Below, in pieces: positions 26,716 to 38,090 of a stretch of DNA of 64,000 nt; position 1 is the first letter of the stretch, and each line of letters begins with the position of its first letter. The DNA comes from Camelus ferus (lineage: Eukaryota): the NCBI RefSeq assembly GCF_009834535.1, contig NC_045707.1:51586001-51650000 (forward strand). The letters are read 5' to 3'. A program made the translations under genes and the position numbers. Under the pieces are notes generated by a model that did not search any database, had not been told where the DNA came from, and saw nothing but the letters and a program-made list of their open reading frames with translations.

Positions 26716-28341
26716 TTGCACCCCAGAGAAGATCTATTTTTGAACGAAATCTCTCTTAGTTGTATTGAAGAGCAAATTTGCATGGCGATCATGAAAAATG
26801 AATGGCTGAGAGATCAGATAGGAGGTTAGAAAAAAGAGATTGAGTTTGAGAACTTTTTCTCCTAAACATAAGCATTTTAAAAGATAGATTTTGTATTGAT
26901 ATCAAAAATTTAAACATGTTTGTATGAAAAAGAGACAGTTGTGCATTGTAGCATTAAATCACATTGAAATTTGTCTGTGAGCAATAACGTTTACAAACAT
27001 CTAAAACTATATCAGATGGAGAATAGTGTTATGGAATTTCATAAGAGTTTTTATATTCTTTTTTGTTAGAGGAGACTCTGAAAAACCTCTTCTAGTATTG
27101 GATCAATGTTGTGAATTTGCCAACGTATTTTTCTGTGACAGCAAAGATATTCAAGAGATAACCAGAAATTGGGTCTGAAATAAGAGTCCAGCACTGGGAT
27201 TGCCTCTCTTCCTGCTGATGAGTGGTATCTAAAGATAACACGTCCTGTTAGGTTGCAGCATCCCACTGTGTCTCTGAAAACTTTTTATCTTCTTTGCACA
27301 AATTGATGCCAAAGATTAAAGAATTCATGGTTGTGATTTTAAGTTGGACTTACTGACACCAGTTCTTACTGAGTGCAAAAACAGATTGATGAGCAATTTG
27401 TTTTAATCCTCTAGGGAAAAGGGGTGAGATTACTTCAGAATGCTTGTTGGTTAGTTTTTCACCAGTGTCTGCCAACTTTAACACCCACAATGAACTAATT
27501 TGTTTCTAAATTTGTATGATTTAATATAGATACTGCACACCAGAAAACAGAAAACAAAAATCTTGCAGACTTTACATTTGTTATAATTGTAAAAAAGTCG
27601 AAATCAAGCCAACCTAAACAACTATTACATGCAAATAAGCATCAAATATGAACAAGATGTTTGATACTAGTAATTATTAATTTTAAAATAAACTTTTCAA
27701 GCTATCAATTAAAAAATAACCTTGACAGGAATAACTTATTTTCAGTACTAAGTGAAATATAGGCATAGATATTTGTCCAGTTTTTTTTTTAAACACATCC
27801 ATGCAGTCTCACTCCCTGAGAGCTGATGCTTTCAGTCAGAATCAGAGGTCTTTCCCAACAGGCCAGCAATCTCTAGGTCATTAGATATAAAGAGCCAGAG
27901 AGAGAAACTTTCGTTAGTTTCTCTCTAATTATCGTGCTTCAGGATCAGACAACTGTTGATAACTGCATCACTTCACAGAGTTGGACTTCTTGATTGTGTA
28001 TCTCTTCCTGTCTTTTCCCCTCTGGATCCTTCCTTGAGAAAGACTTACGGCATAGTATGACCCCCAGCTGTAACCTAGTCTCACATGCACATGGTAGGCA
28101 TAGAATGTTGTATTAGTCAAATTAATTTTGACTAAAACATCTATCTCCATCATTTTTACTATCAAAATTCTAAGCTAAAGTTGGAGTTTGACTTTTCACA
28201 CTGACTTTTGTTTCTCTCTCAGTTTGTACCCCTAAGATCTATACCTACTGCCTACCTAATGTAACTTCACAGATACATACTGAAATTGCTAATCAGACTT
28301 TGGCTCTATCTATAATAAGTAGCATTAAAATTTCATTCTTC

Positions 28342-28768
28342 TGTTACCAAGTCCAAACTTGTTCTATTCGCCGCACGACAGGCCAATAAATCTGGAGACG
28401 AGGTGTTGGGGCAAGGAGTAGCAACTTAACTCGGAAAGCCGGCAGACTGAGAGGATGGCACACTGAGTCTTGGAGAACCATCCTACTCAAGTCGGAATTC
28501 AGGCTCCTTTTATACTATGAAGGGGAGGGGGTGTGGTTGGTTGTTGCAAACTTTTTGGTGTAGGACTTCTTTGTTCTTGCAGCTGTCCACGTGGGCCAGC
28601 TCATGGTGCTCCTGCAAAACCTCCAGCAAAACAAGTGTTATTCTCTATTCTGCAACTTATCTTTATGTGAGTGCAGAGCTAGCAAGACTGAGCCTAGAAA
28701 ACAGGGCACAGGGTTAAAGCCAAAGGAACAGATCTAATATGGAGTCAGATTTGTTCTTTTCTGTTACA
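28342..28768 (-). mobile_element. ERV1-class solo LTR (427 bp), relatively young
   Basis: TGTTACC...TGTTACA termini with a perfect 4-bp TSD CTTC (28338-28341 and 28769-28772). TATA box on the minus strand (GTATAAAAGG, about 28506-28515). Several CpGs are retained. Confidence 0.93.
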
Positions 28769-29979
28769 CTTCAATTATGTGTTCAAACTTATTCATAAGT
28801 CAGTAAGTGAAAGAAATTGCGTCTCATTCATTTAGTGTCAGCATGTTCAACATATAACCTGTCATAAGGCTCTCCACCTTACTTGGCACCAAGTGGACAC
28901 TGAGAAATTTTTTGCCTTATAAAGCATGGCCTACTTGTTCACCCATTAATTTTTCATGCCTACTGTGGACTCTGAACAACTTTGTTTCTATGTAAATTGA
29001 TTGGAAAAATAAAGGAAATCTTCCATTTTCCTTGAATTTTATAGATTGTTTTACACTGATTTTCAGTTTATCAGTGTACCAATCTACCTAACTGAGCCCA
29101 GGGGAGTGATAGGATAGCATTCAAAGAGGCAATAAACATGAAGTTGAGAGGATGTATACCTTTGTGTGGAAACTTCGATATCAACTGGAATTGAAGATGG
29201 ACTGCAATGGGTGGGAGGTGGATGATGGAGACATTTCAATTAGTAATTGAACCCACACCATGTTACTCAATTCACCTTTTATAAATGGAAAATACTTGTA
29301 GTAACTGGTTGAAACTTGATTATTGTGACTATGCAGATCAAAATAATAGTTCACTATTATATTTCTATCAAATCCTAATCAAAGAATTGACCAACTCCAC
29401 CAGTTACCCTCTAAAAAAATTCTTCTTGAAGTTGAGGCACTATGTGAATACTAGGTAAAATGGTAAAATGGTACGTTCACTCTACTGTTAGAAGGAAAAT
29501 GGTAGAAAGACCACTTTTTAAAGAATATATTTCTGTGCTAAATGGTTGCAAACAAAAATTTAACAAATTTTTGTTTATCAGTTACTGTTAATTTATCTCT
29601 GTCTCCTTCCTTGGGATTAATTCTTTCCAGTCCCCTTCATCACTGGCAATCTTTTTGGTGTCTTTCTGTCTTTATCTTGTCGTCTTTCCCAACTTCTGTC
29701 TCAGAGCACTGCTTAGTACCAAGTTCAGGTCACCAGTTTAAAATATGTGCTTAAACATCACTGAGCATTAGGAAATAATTTTAGCTTGCAGACTTTCTGA
29801 GGGTCCTGATTTAATTTTGTATTTCTAAATTGTAGGACAGGGTCTAGAAAATAGTAGTTGCTCAACAAATGTATGTTTAATAAAAATATTTTTCAAAGCT
29901 TTATTGCTGTTAAATTAATTAACATTAATTAATAAACACTAATTGTAATTTTACTAGGAGAGTTTCAGTGCTTGAAGAT

Positions 29980-30210
29980 GATAATAGTCTACCTGGACTG
30001 AGCATGCTTCCTTGTTGCCAAGTATTGCATACATTTATGAATGAACTAATAGTTCATTTATGAGCTAAGTTCCTTTCATTAAACTATTTTATATCTGAGG
30101 AAATTAAGGAATCAACTACTTAAGTAACCTGCCCAACATCCCAGTGCCATTCCTAGGGTTATAATACTAGGCAGTCTGACTACAAAGCATGCTTTCTTTA
30201 CCACTCTGCT
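29980..30210 (-). mobile_element. MIR SINE
   Basis: 'tgaggaaattaagg...ttaagtaacctgcccaac...aggcagtctgact'. Confidence 0.75.
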
Positions 30211-31072
30211 ATAAAATAAAAACTGACCATTCATCTTAGCCAAGATTAGTGTTTCTCAAATATTTGGATTTCGTGATAGGATTGACAACTTTAATTTTGT
30301 GAAGAATAGTATAAATAAAATTACTATTGCCCAAGTTGTGTACAATAAAATTTGTAAAACATATCCTAGCACAAAAGTAGAAATTATAATGATCATAGTA
30401 ATGTAGAGTTCTTTAATATTGACATTTAAAGTTATGAGCCAATCAATGCCTTGTCCTCATTCCACTGCTTAGTGATCACAGTACAATCATAGATGTTAAT
30501 GGCAAATAAACTGACACTGGGGAAACTCTTCAGTGTGTTATGCACTTTTGCCATGAACCTTTCTGCTTCTATTTGTCTCCTTCTACCTAGAATAGATTTT
30601 AACATGCCCTGAAAGTCTATACACAGCAAAAGGATATCATTTGTTCCTTGTGGAAAAGACAACTTGACCATTTCACCAGCTGACCTGCATTTCAGGGTAT
30701 CTGGGCATGAAGCCAACAGCCTTAGAGAATTAGACTAGGAGGAAGTCCTCTTGAGTTCTTATCCAAGAAGTTATTTTTCAGTGCCCTAGGGATCAGAGTC
30801 AAGGATAAAGCTGATTCTATGTAACTAGTTAACACAAATTGATAGTAGCATGAATAAATAGCAGTGTTTGAGGGTAAGTTAAGACATGAGTAGCTCTTCA
30901 AAGGTACAGGTCCAATTTTGGCTTGCTCTTTGGCTGCTGTTTCAGTACTGATTCAGTTTCAATACTTAATTATTTCTAATAGCAGATAAAAGTACACATT
31001 TTCTTGTATATCCTCACATATTAAAAATGTTTGCAATGTGGAATATGGAAGATGGCACCCTTGAGTAGTATA

Positions 31073-31509
31073 TAGAACTTCCTCCACTTAAGATGGGATT
31101 ATGTCCCAATAAACCTATCATTGGTCGAAAATGCATTTGATATACATGATCTACCAAACATAATAGCTTAGCTTAGCTTACCTTAAACACACAGAACACC
31201 TGCATTAGCCTACAGTTGGGAAAATTCATCTAACACAAAGCCTATTTTATAATAAAGTAGCCTACTGAACACTGTACTGAAAGTGAAAAATGGAACAGTT
31301 GTATGGGTATACAGAATGGTTCTAAGTGCATCAGTTATTTCCCCTTGTGATTGTGTGGCTAACTTGGAGCTGCAGCTCAGAAGTATCCTACTGAATATTC
31401 CTAGCCCCAGAAAAGATCAAAATTCAAAATTCAAAGTATGGTTTCTACTGAATGCTTACTGCTCCCTTTTGCACCATCATAAAGTCAAGCAATCATAAGG
31501 GACTGTCTG
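31073..31509. mobile_element. MER47/Tigger5-type TcMar-Tigger DNA transposon fossil
   Basis: TA flanks at 31071-72 and 31510-11. Internal 'cattagcctacagttgggaaaattcatctaacacaaagcctattttataataaag' and 'aagtatggtttctactgaatg'. End 'gggactgtctg'. Confidence 0.9.
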
Positions 31510-31931
31510 TATTTGTATTCTCCCCAAGTAAAACAGAGAAATATTCAATGTTTTCTATTTTGTTAGCATAGGTTTAATTATGTCTATAAAGTTCATCAGT
31601 TATATTTTACTACATTCAAGTCATTTCATATTGGTAATACACAGATTGCATACTCTGATTCATGAATTCCAAATTCCCTTTTCTGACCGTCAGCAAACTT
31701 GTTAGCATACTTAAATATTTATCCCTGTTTCTTGCCTTCTGAGAAATGAGGGATAAAGTATTGCCCCTCTAGTCAAAGACGGATTCCTCCGTCTATGCTC
31801 CTCTGGACGCCATCCCAGCTTGGTTTCTTAAGAATTTCTCTTTTATGTGTCTTCCTTCCACCTCCATTGTCATCTATCTCATGCGCTTTCTGGATTATTC
31901 ACTTAAGCCTAGGATCTCCTATCTCAAAGCG

Positions 31932-31995
31932 AAAAAAAAAAAAAAAAAAAAAAAAGAAGAAGAAAAGAAAAAACACCAAAAACTAAACTAAACAA
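31932..31995. repeat. Poly(A)/A-rich tract
   Basis: A run of about 24 A followed by GAA/CAAA/TAAAC units. Confidence 0.9.
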
Positions 31996-32199
31996 GTCCT
32001 CCTTATTCCCACTGTTCCACTTTCTGTTCACTTGCATACCAAAATTTCTTGAAAAGTTTTATACAGAAATCAAGGTTACAATGACGTCAATGACATAAAG
32101 GAAATATGGAGGACAGGCAACAAGTTTATTTTTAATTGAATGTCCTTTTAGGTAAGAATAGCTCATGAGCATATGTACCAAGTTCTCTTTTTTTAATGA

Positions 32200-32708
32200 G
32201 TTATCTTTTCTTGCATATTATATTGTCAAAAACTAGGCTTAAAACAGCATATTTTTTATTATCTCACAGTTTGTATTGAACAGAAATGTGGGCCCGCAGC
32301 TTCTGGGATTCTCACAGTCTGTAATCAAGGAACTCTGTCTTTTGTCATCTCAAAACCTGACTGGGAAAAGACACACTTCCAAGCTCATGTGGTTCTTGGT
32401 AGTATTCAGTTCTTCATGGGTTGTTGGACTGAAAGCCTTCATTTTATGCCATGCAGGCATCTCCAACATGGCAATTTGCTCCATCAAATCCTATAAGCTG
32501 AGAAAGTAATACAAGTGCAAGACTCCCTAACAAGACGGAAGTCACAGTCTTTAGTAACCTAATCAGGGAAGTGACATCCTTTCACCATTGCTTTATTTTA
32601 CAGGTTAGAAGCAGGTCACTCAACTTATGTCAAAGGGAAGGATTACACAGAAGTATGAATATCAGGAAGTGAGAAGCATTGTGGGCTATTTTAGAAGTCT
32701 ATCTACAC
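32200..32708 (-). mobile_element. MaLR (MLT1) solo LTR
   Basis: 'ggcttaaaacagcata...attatctcacagttt', 'cttccaagctcatgtggtt' and 'ggttagaagcaggtcact', ending 'tctatctaca'. Confidence 0.85.
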
Positions 32709-33419
32709 CCATTTTCCTGACTCCTGACCATGTAAATGTCAAAAAAAAAATTCTCTAGAAGAATATATATAATGTTATGATGTAATAGCATTAATAATAA
32801 TAATCTGTGATATTAAAAATTAATAAACACAAGTGAAATTATTATTAAGTGCATAAAAACACCAAAAAACAACGTAAATGACCAAGTGCAATGTGATTTG
32901 AACTGTATTGAAATAGCCAACTGGAAAATATTGGAACTATATAACAAGTAGGTTGATGGCACAATTTCAGATTATAAGGGAAAAAACATGAGTATGGTTT
33001 CCCACACCTTTTTTATTTTTCAGTGTACACAGTAGAAAAGATAAGGGCCAAAATAATAAATGCAAAATGTGATAATATTGGGCCAGGAAATGTTTTAAGT
33101 ATTTTATGCATGTTACTATGTATGTTGTTGCTTATGTAGGTAATTTAAGTATTGTATCTATGTTATCTAATGAGGAAGCAATTGCTATTATTGCCCTTAT
33201 TTTAAAGATGAGGAAACTAAGACCCAAAGTATCCTGGCCAATAATTGATGGAATTAGAACTTAAGCGTAGACTTTCTGACCCTAGAGTCCATCTTAAATA
33301 CCAGACAAAATTGCCTGTCTAGTTGTTACCTGCAATGAGTTCAGTAGTTCTTTCTGGAATAATTAGAAACAGAAGGCAAGGAATGTTGCTAGTTCAAAAG
33401 CAGTAAACTAAGACTGACA

Positions 33420-34278
33420 AAGGATTACATTTTTCAACGTAGTGTCCTAAACTACAACACTTTTGATAATGAAAGGAATTATTCATTTTTTCTTTCTGTT
33501 TTTGATTTGATTTATTGACCAATTTCTTTTACAGTATCATACTTTTTAAATTGACGTAGAGTTGATGTACAACATAACATATTTTGGTGTACAACAGAGC
33601 AATCCTCAAGGTTTAAAAGTGACACTCCATTGATGGTTCTTATCAACTATTGGCTCCGCTCCCCATGGTGTACAATACATCATCGGAGCTGATTTTATAC
33701 CTGATTGTACCTCTTCATCCTCCACCTCCATCTTGCCCCTCCCCCTTCCCTCTCCCCACTGGTAACCACTAGTTTCTTCTCTACATTTGTAAGTCTGTTT
33801 CTTTTCTGTCATAGTCATTAGGTGGTTGCATTGTTTTAGATTTCACATGGAACTGATATCTTAGAGGATTTATCTTCCTCTTTCTGACCTGTTTCACTGA
33901 GCATAATGCCCTGTAGGACCATGCATGCTGTCCACCAGAAACCGATGCAACATTTTCAATCAACTGTCCTTCAGTTCAAAAGCAAACCTACAAACACCCC
34001 ATTTAAAATAGGGGCAGAAGAACTGAACAGACCTTTGTCCAAAAGAGGAAATGCAGATGGTCCAGAGGAACATGAAAAGTTGCTCCACATCACTCCTAGC
34101 AGGGAAATGCAAATTCAGATCCCGAGGAGAGATCATCTCATATCTGTCAGAATGGTCATTCTCCAAAGGAGCACAAAAAGCAAATGCTGGCAAGTGTGTT
34201 TATTCTTAATAATCATGGAGGAACAACAAGAATAAGCAAGCCAGTATTCCAGGCAAACTGGGATTTTTGGTTACCTTA
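33420..34278. mobile_element. MER96-like hAT fossil split in two (33420-33486 and 34200-34278) by a later L1-mediated insertion
   Basis: Left half 'caacacttttgataatgaaagg' joins right half 'ttaataatcatggaggaacaacaag...ccaggcaaactgggatttttggttacctta', as recalled for MER96/MER96B. Confidence 0.65.
33487..34199 (-). mobile_element. Composite L1 retroposition: minus-strand L1 3' end with extra tail, plus an inverted upstream L1 segment
   Basis: TSD TTATTCAT/TTATTCTT (33479-33486 and 34200-34207) followed by AA, an L1 endonuclease-type site. Antisense 3' UTR at 33543-33932; sense L1 pieces at 33933-34199. Confidence 0.85.
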
Positions 34279-34650
34279 CATTTCTGGAGTCCACCAGGAT
34301 TAGCTTGTTGAGAAGGCTTTCCAGTGAATTTTCAGAAAGGAAGTAACTGATAACTTCCTGTCTGTCTTTGACTCTCTCTGAGTGTAAACTTTATTTATAG
34401 TCCAAATACCACTACTTCATTCTCATTGGTTAGCACCCTCTTCTCATCTAGCTACCAAAAGCTTCCTTTCTTTACAGGAGTAAGAGCAGTTGAGGAACTA
34501 ACGGTACCAAGATGAAGTTACCAATATCAAAGAGGATGAACAAAACTAAGACTAATAAAACATCTCACTTGTTTAATTGATATATCCCATCCTTAGTTCT
34601 GCCAGTTAGTACTACCTATGACCTGAAGCAAATTCTGATTATAATTTCAT

Positions 34651-34903
34651 GAGTGGTATTTAACTGGGAGTGATTTTGCCTTCAGGGGAATTTTGGCAAT
34701 GTCTAGAAATATTTTTGGTTGTCATGACTGGGGAGGTTCCTGGCATCTAGTGAATAGAGGCCAGGGACTGTGCTAAACATCCTGCAGTCTGCAGGATACC
34801 CCTTTCCTCACCAACCTCCACCCTGTCCCTCCCCTACCCACTACCTCAACAACAAAAATCATGTAGACCAAATTGCCAATGGTGCTGAGCTTGGGAAATC
34901 ATA
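34651..34903. mobile_element. MER20 hAT-Charlie fossil
   Basis: 'ggcaatgtctagaaatatttttggttgtcatgactgggga...ctggcatctagtgaatagaggccaggga'. Confidence 0.92.
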
Positions 34904-36361
34904 CTTCATATGAAGTAAAAATGAAGAGCTCTTCAGTTCTTTTTTTTTTTTTAATCCTCTTTACTTCAGAAAGAACTAGATACGTATATGCCTCAATAAA
35001 AAAATCTATAAAAATGGTGAGGACAGTCAATAGTGAATCAATTTTTAATGGAGTAAAAGAAGCCCTCACTTCAGCTCTCTGAAGTCAGACCAGCTTTTTA
35101 TTAAGAATCTCACAAGTATATCTTCAACAAATTCAAAAAATTATGTCTCAATCTCTTGACCCTCTATATCAGAATTAATACAGTAAATTGTCTTCCCCTT
35201 CAATAACTTCACATTACTATTAGTTGTCAAAAACTGCTGCATGATTCTGAAAGGGCAACATTAAAGAGAAAGAAAGGGAGAAAAGTCCTGCTCAGGCCAA
35301 CTCAACAACAGATAAAAAGAGATTAAAAATGTTGACTATCATAATTTTTAAAAGTAGCATGCTCTGGCTTAAATTAATGAATTCAATGCATTTGAAGCAA
35401 CTATAAAATATTGCCAGAACGTATTTTTATATAAAGGAGAGATACCTCAAACATTAGGTCATTGTGGCTTAACCCTATCAGTGTCCATGCATTTTTTTGA
35501 TATTTCAACTACTGAAGTGACAGAGAAAAGGTGAATTTCTTTGTGCTATTTTTAAGGTTACATTAATAAAAATGCCATTAGAAAATAATGTGGACATATT
35601 GCTGTATATGTATTTTGCCTATACTCACAAATCAGTTTGGGAAGAAAAAAGAATGAATAAAACAAACAGTTTTATTTTTTAATAATTATGACTAGCTACT
35701 ATATATGTTTTTTTTTTTTTTAAGTCAGTAAATATGGGGGAAAAACCAAAGAAACAAATAAAGATTACATGACATGTCACCACCCACAGGACATCATTAT
35801 TAAAATTTTATTCTTCCAGGTTCATGTGCTTGCTCATATATAAATGAACTCTTTCTGTGCTTACTATTTTATAATTTTTTTTCTGTTATTTTGAAAATAA
35901 TTGACTAATTCATTACAAACAATCACTTAATACCAGGTTTGGTCAAAAGGCTAATTGCTGCTTTTAAAAAATTTATATCTGTATATAATTAGCTATTTGA
36001 TACTGATTATTTTTCTTTCTTTTTTTAGCCTTACTATTTTAATTTTTATAAGAATTTTTTCCATCTATGATAAAAATCATTTACAAAATGACTATATAGT
36101 CATATAGTCATTAAATATAGTCTGGAATCCACTTTTCCTCATAAGTACACTTTCTAAGTGATAGAAAAAATTTTGACTAGTCCCAACTCAATTTTTCAAC
36201 ATCCTTTCCTATATAATACACACATACATGCACACACAAACCCATATGAATATGTTAATTGGTCATAAAATTAATATATAAGAATTATTTATGAAATAAG
36301 GAAACTTGCTTTTATATGGCTTTAAGGTATCTGTCACAAATCTGGATATATAAGTCAAATG

Positions 36362-36874
36362 TGTCAAGACCATGATGGGTCTGAAACTTTATGCTACTTG
36401 CAAGTTAATAAGCTAGTTTACAGACATTTTATGGATGCTGGCAGCATACATGAGATTCTGGACTCAGAGACAAAGGATAGTTTATTTCCCACTGCAATAG
36501 TAGTAACCAATGTGTGATCATTTCTTCTGGTGGTTGCCTGAGCCTAAATTCCTAAAGGATAAACTAACCAGACAAGGTGATGCTTGGACATGTAGTGAGT
36601 TTTGTAATGGAGAAACCACAATCTCAGGAAACTCCAGTCTTTAAATGGGCTGCCAGCAAGCCTGTCCCTTTTCCTTGGAGGGCGGCATTACCTTTATTAT
36701 CCTGGGAAATAAACGTACCTCTCTTTTCTTCAAATAGAGACACTATCTCAATTTTCTAAGTCTGTTTGCTTTACAAACATCCTTGAAGGGATAATCTGGA
36801 ACAAGTGACTGTCAGTGCTTCTGCCTGCAAGAATGTAGAAAGGTTAGAGATCCATGGAGAGATATCTTCCAACA
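36362..36874 (-). mobile_element. ERVL solo LTR (MER54/MER74-like group)
   Basis: TG...CA ends. 'ctacttgcaagttaataagctag...atggatgctggcagcatacatgagattctggactcagagacaaagga'. Confidence 0.75.
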
Positions 36875-37004
36875 CATAGTAGCCCAGTGATCAACAGAGT
36901 CATTGATCTGAACAAGCTCAGGTGGACTATTTAGTTTCATAATCTACATAGTTTAACACAGGACTAATGTGATCTGAAACAGACATAAAAAAGTATTCTC
37001 TTAA

Positions 37005-37600
37005 ATACACACATTATAAATTTTTGAAATAGGTAATTGATTATTTGTTCATATATTAAAACAATTATGAAGTCACCCGCCAACCTGGTTCCTTTCAGGT
37101 CTTTTCCCCTGACATCTAATGTTAACCATTTTTTCAGTTATTCTTTGTGCAAATATAAGCAAATGTGAACAAATCCTTGTTTCCAAATTCCAGTTTCTTT
37201 TGCAAAAGTACCATACTATTTCACGATTAAACTGATATTTCTACTTGGTACATATTGGATCATTTCCTCCATATCTATAATAGAAAGTTTCTTCATATTT
37301 TATATTTGCATAATATTTCATTATATTTATATACTTTAGTTTCAATTACAAATTCTTTATCATTGAATAAATGAGGTTTTTTTCAATCTTTTGCTACATC
37401 AAGAATGCAAAGATTTATGGTATACATATTGCCTTCCACCTCTGCAGGAATAACTTCAGGATAAACTTCAGAAGTAGCATTATTGAGTCAAAAGGAAAAT
37501 GGGTTTGAAAATTTTTGAAAGATATTGCCAAATTACCTTCCATAAGGGTTGTATCATTTTGCACTCTCTCCAGCAGTGCATAAGATTGCTTGTTTTCAGA
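37005..37600 (-). mobile_element. Ancient L1 (L1ME-like) 3' region
   Basis: 'gatattgccaaattaccttccataagggttgtatcattttgcactctctccagcagtg'. Confidence 0.8.
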
Positions 37601-37609
37601 GAGCTTTAT

Positions 37610-38090
37610 TTAAATTAATGATGCTCAAACTGAGTATTCATCTGGAAATGACAAAATTGGCCCATAATTTACCATATACTAGTGTAAACTACAAATGAAT
37701 CAATGATTCAAATGCAAATAAAAAAAATTAAGCCATGAATACTAGAAGAAAGCATAGGTGAGTGGCTTGCATAACTGACTAGATCAAGGTGTTTCAAATA
37801 CAAACACACACATACACATACACACAGAGATATCTTCTACATGACAATTATAATAATAAAATAGTAATGACAATAAGGAGGAAAAAGAGGAAAACACTGA
37901 AAAGAAGAGCAATGAGGGAACAGTAGCCCCCAAAATTTATTAAACCAGTAATGAAAAAACATGTGTTATTGGTTTGTGAGAGGACAAGGAGACAAAAAAA
38001 AAAAAAGAAAAGAAAAAGAAAAAAAACTTAAACACATACGGGAATTTAAGGAGTCATTTCAATCAGAGCAATTAAAGGTAGACTGTTCTA
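37610..38090 (+). mobile_element. Ancient L1 ORF2 fragments, interrupted by CA-rich and A-rich tracts
   Basis: 'tactagaagaaagcataggtgag' and similar late-ORF2 motifs. Confidence 0.55.

Noticed and set aside
27069..27180. Acceptor-like site followed by a 36-codon frame (GDSEKPLLVLDQCCEF...)
   Set aside because: No recognisable homology and no linking exons; compatible with chance.
31795..31986. ORF with a poly-Lys tail, or a processed pseudogene end
   Set aside because: A genomic A-run within degraded repeat-like sequence, with no TSD or recognisable mRNA upstream.
32082..32089. Perfect CRE palindrome TGACGTCA
   Set aside because: A single 8-mer in 64 kb with no supporting context.
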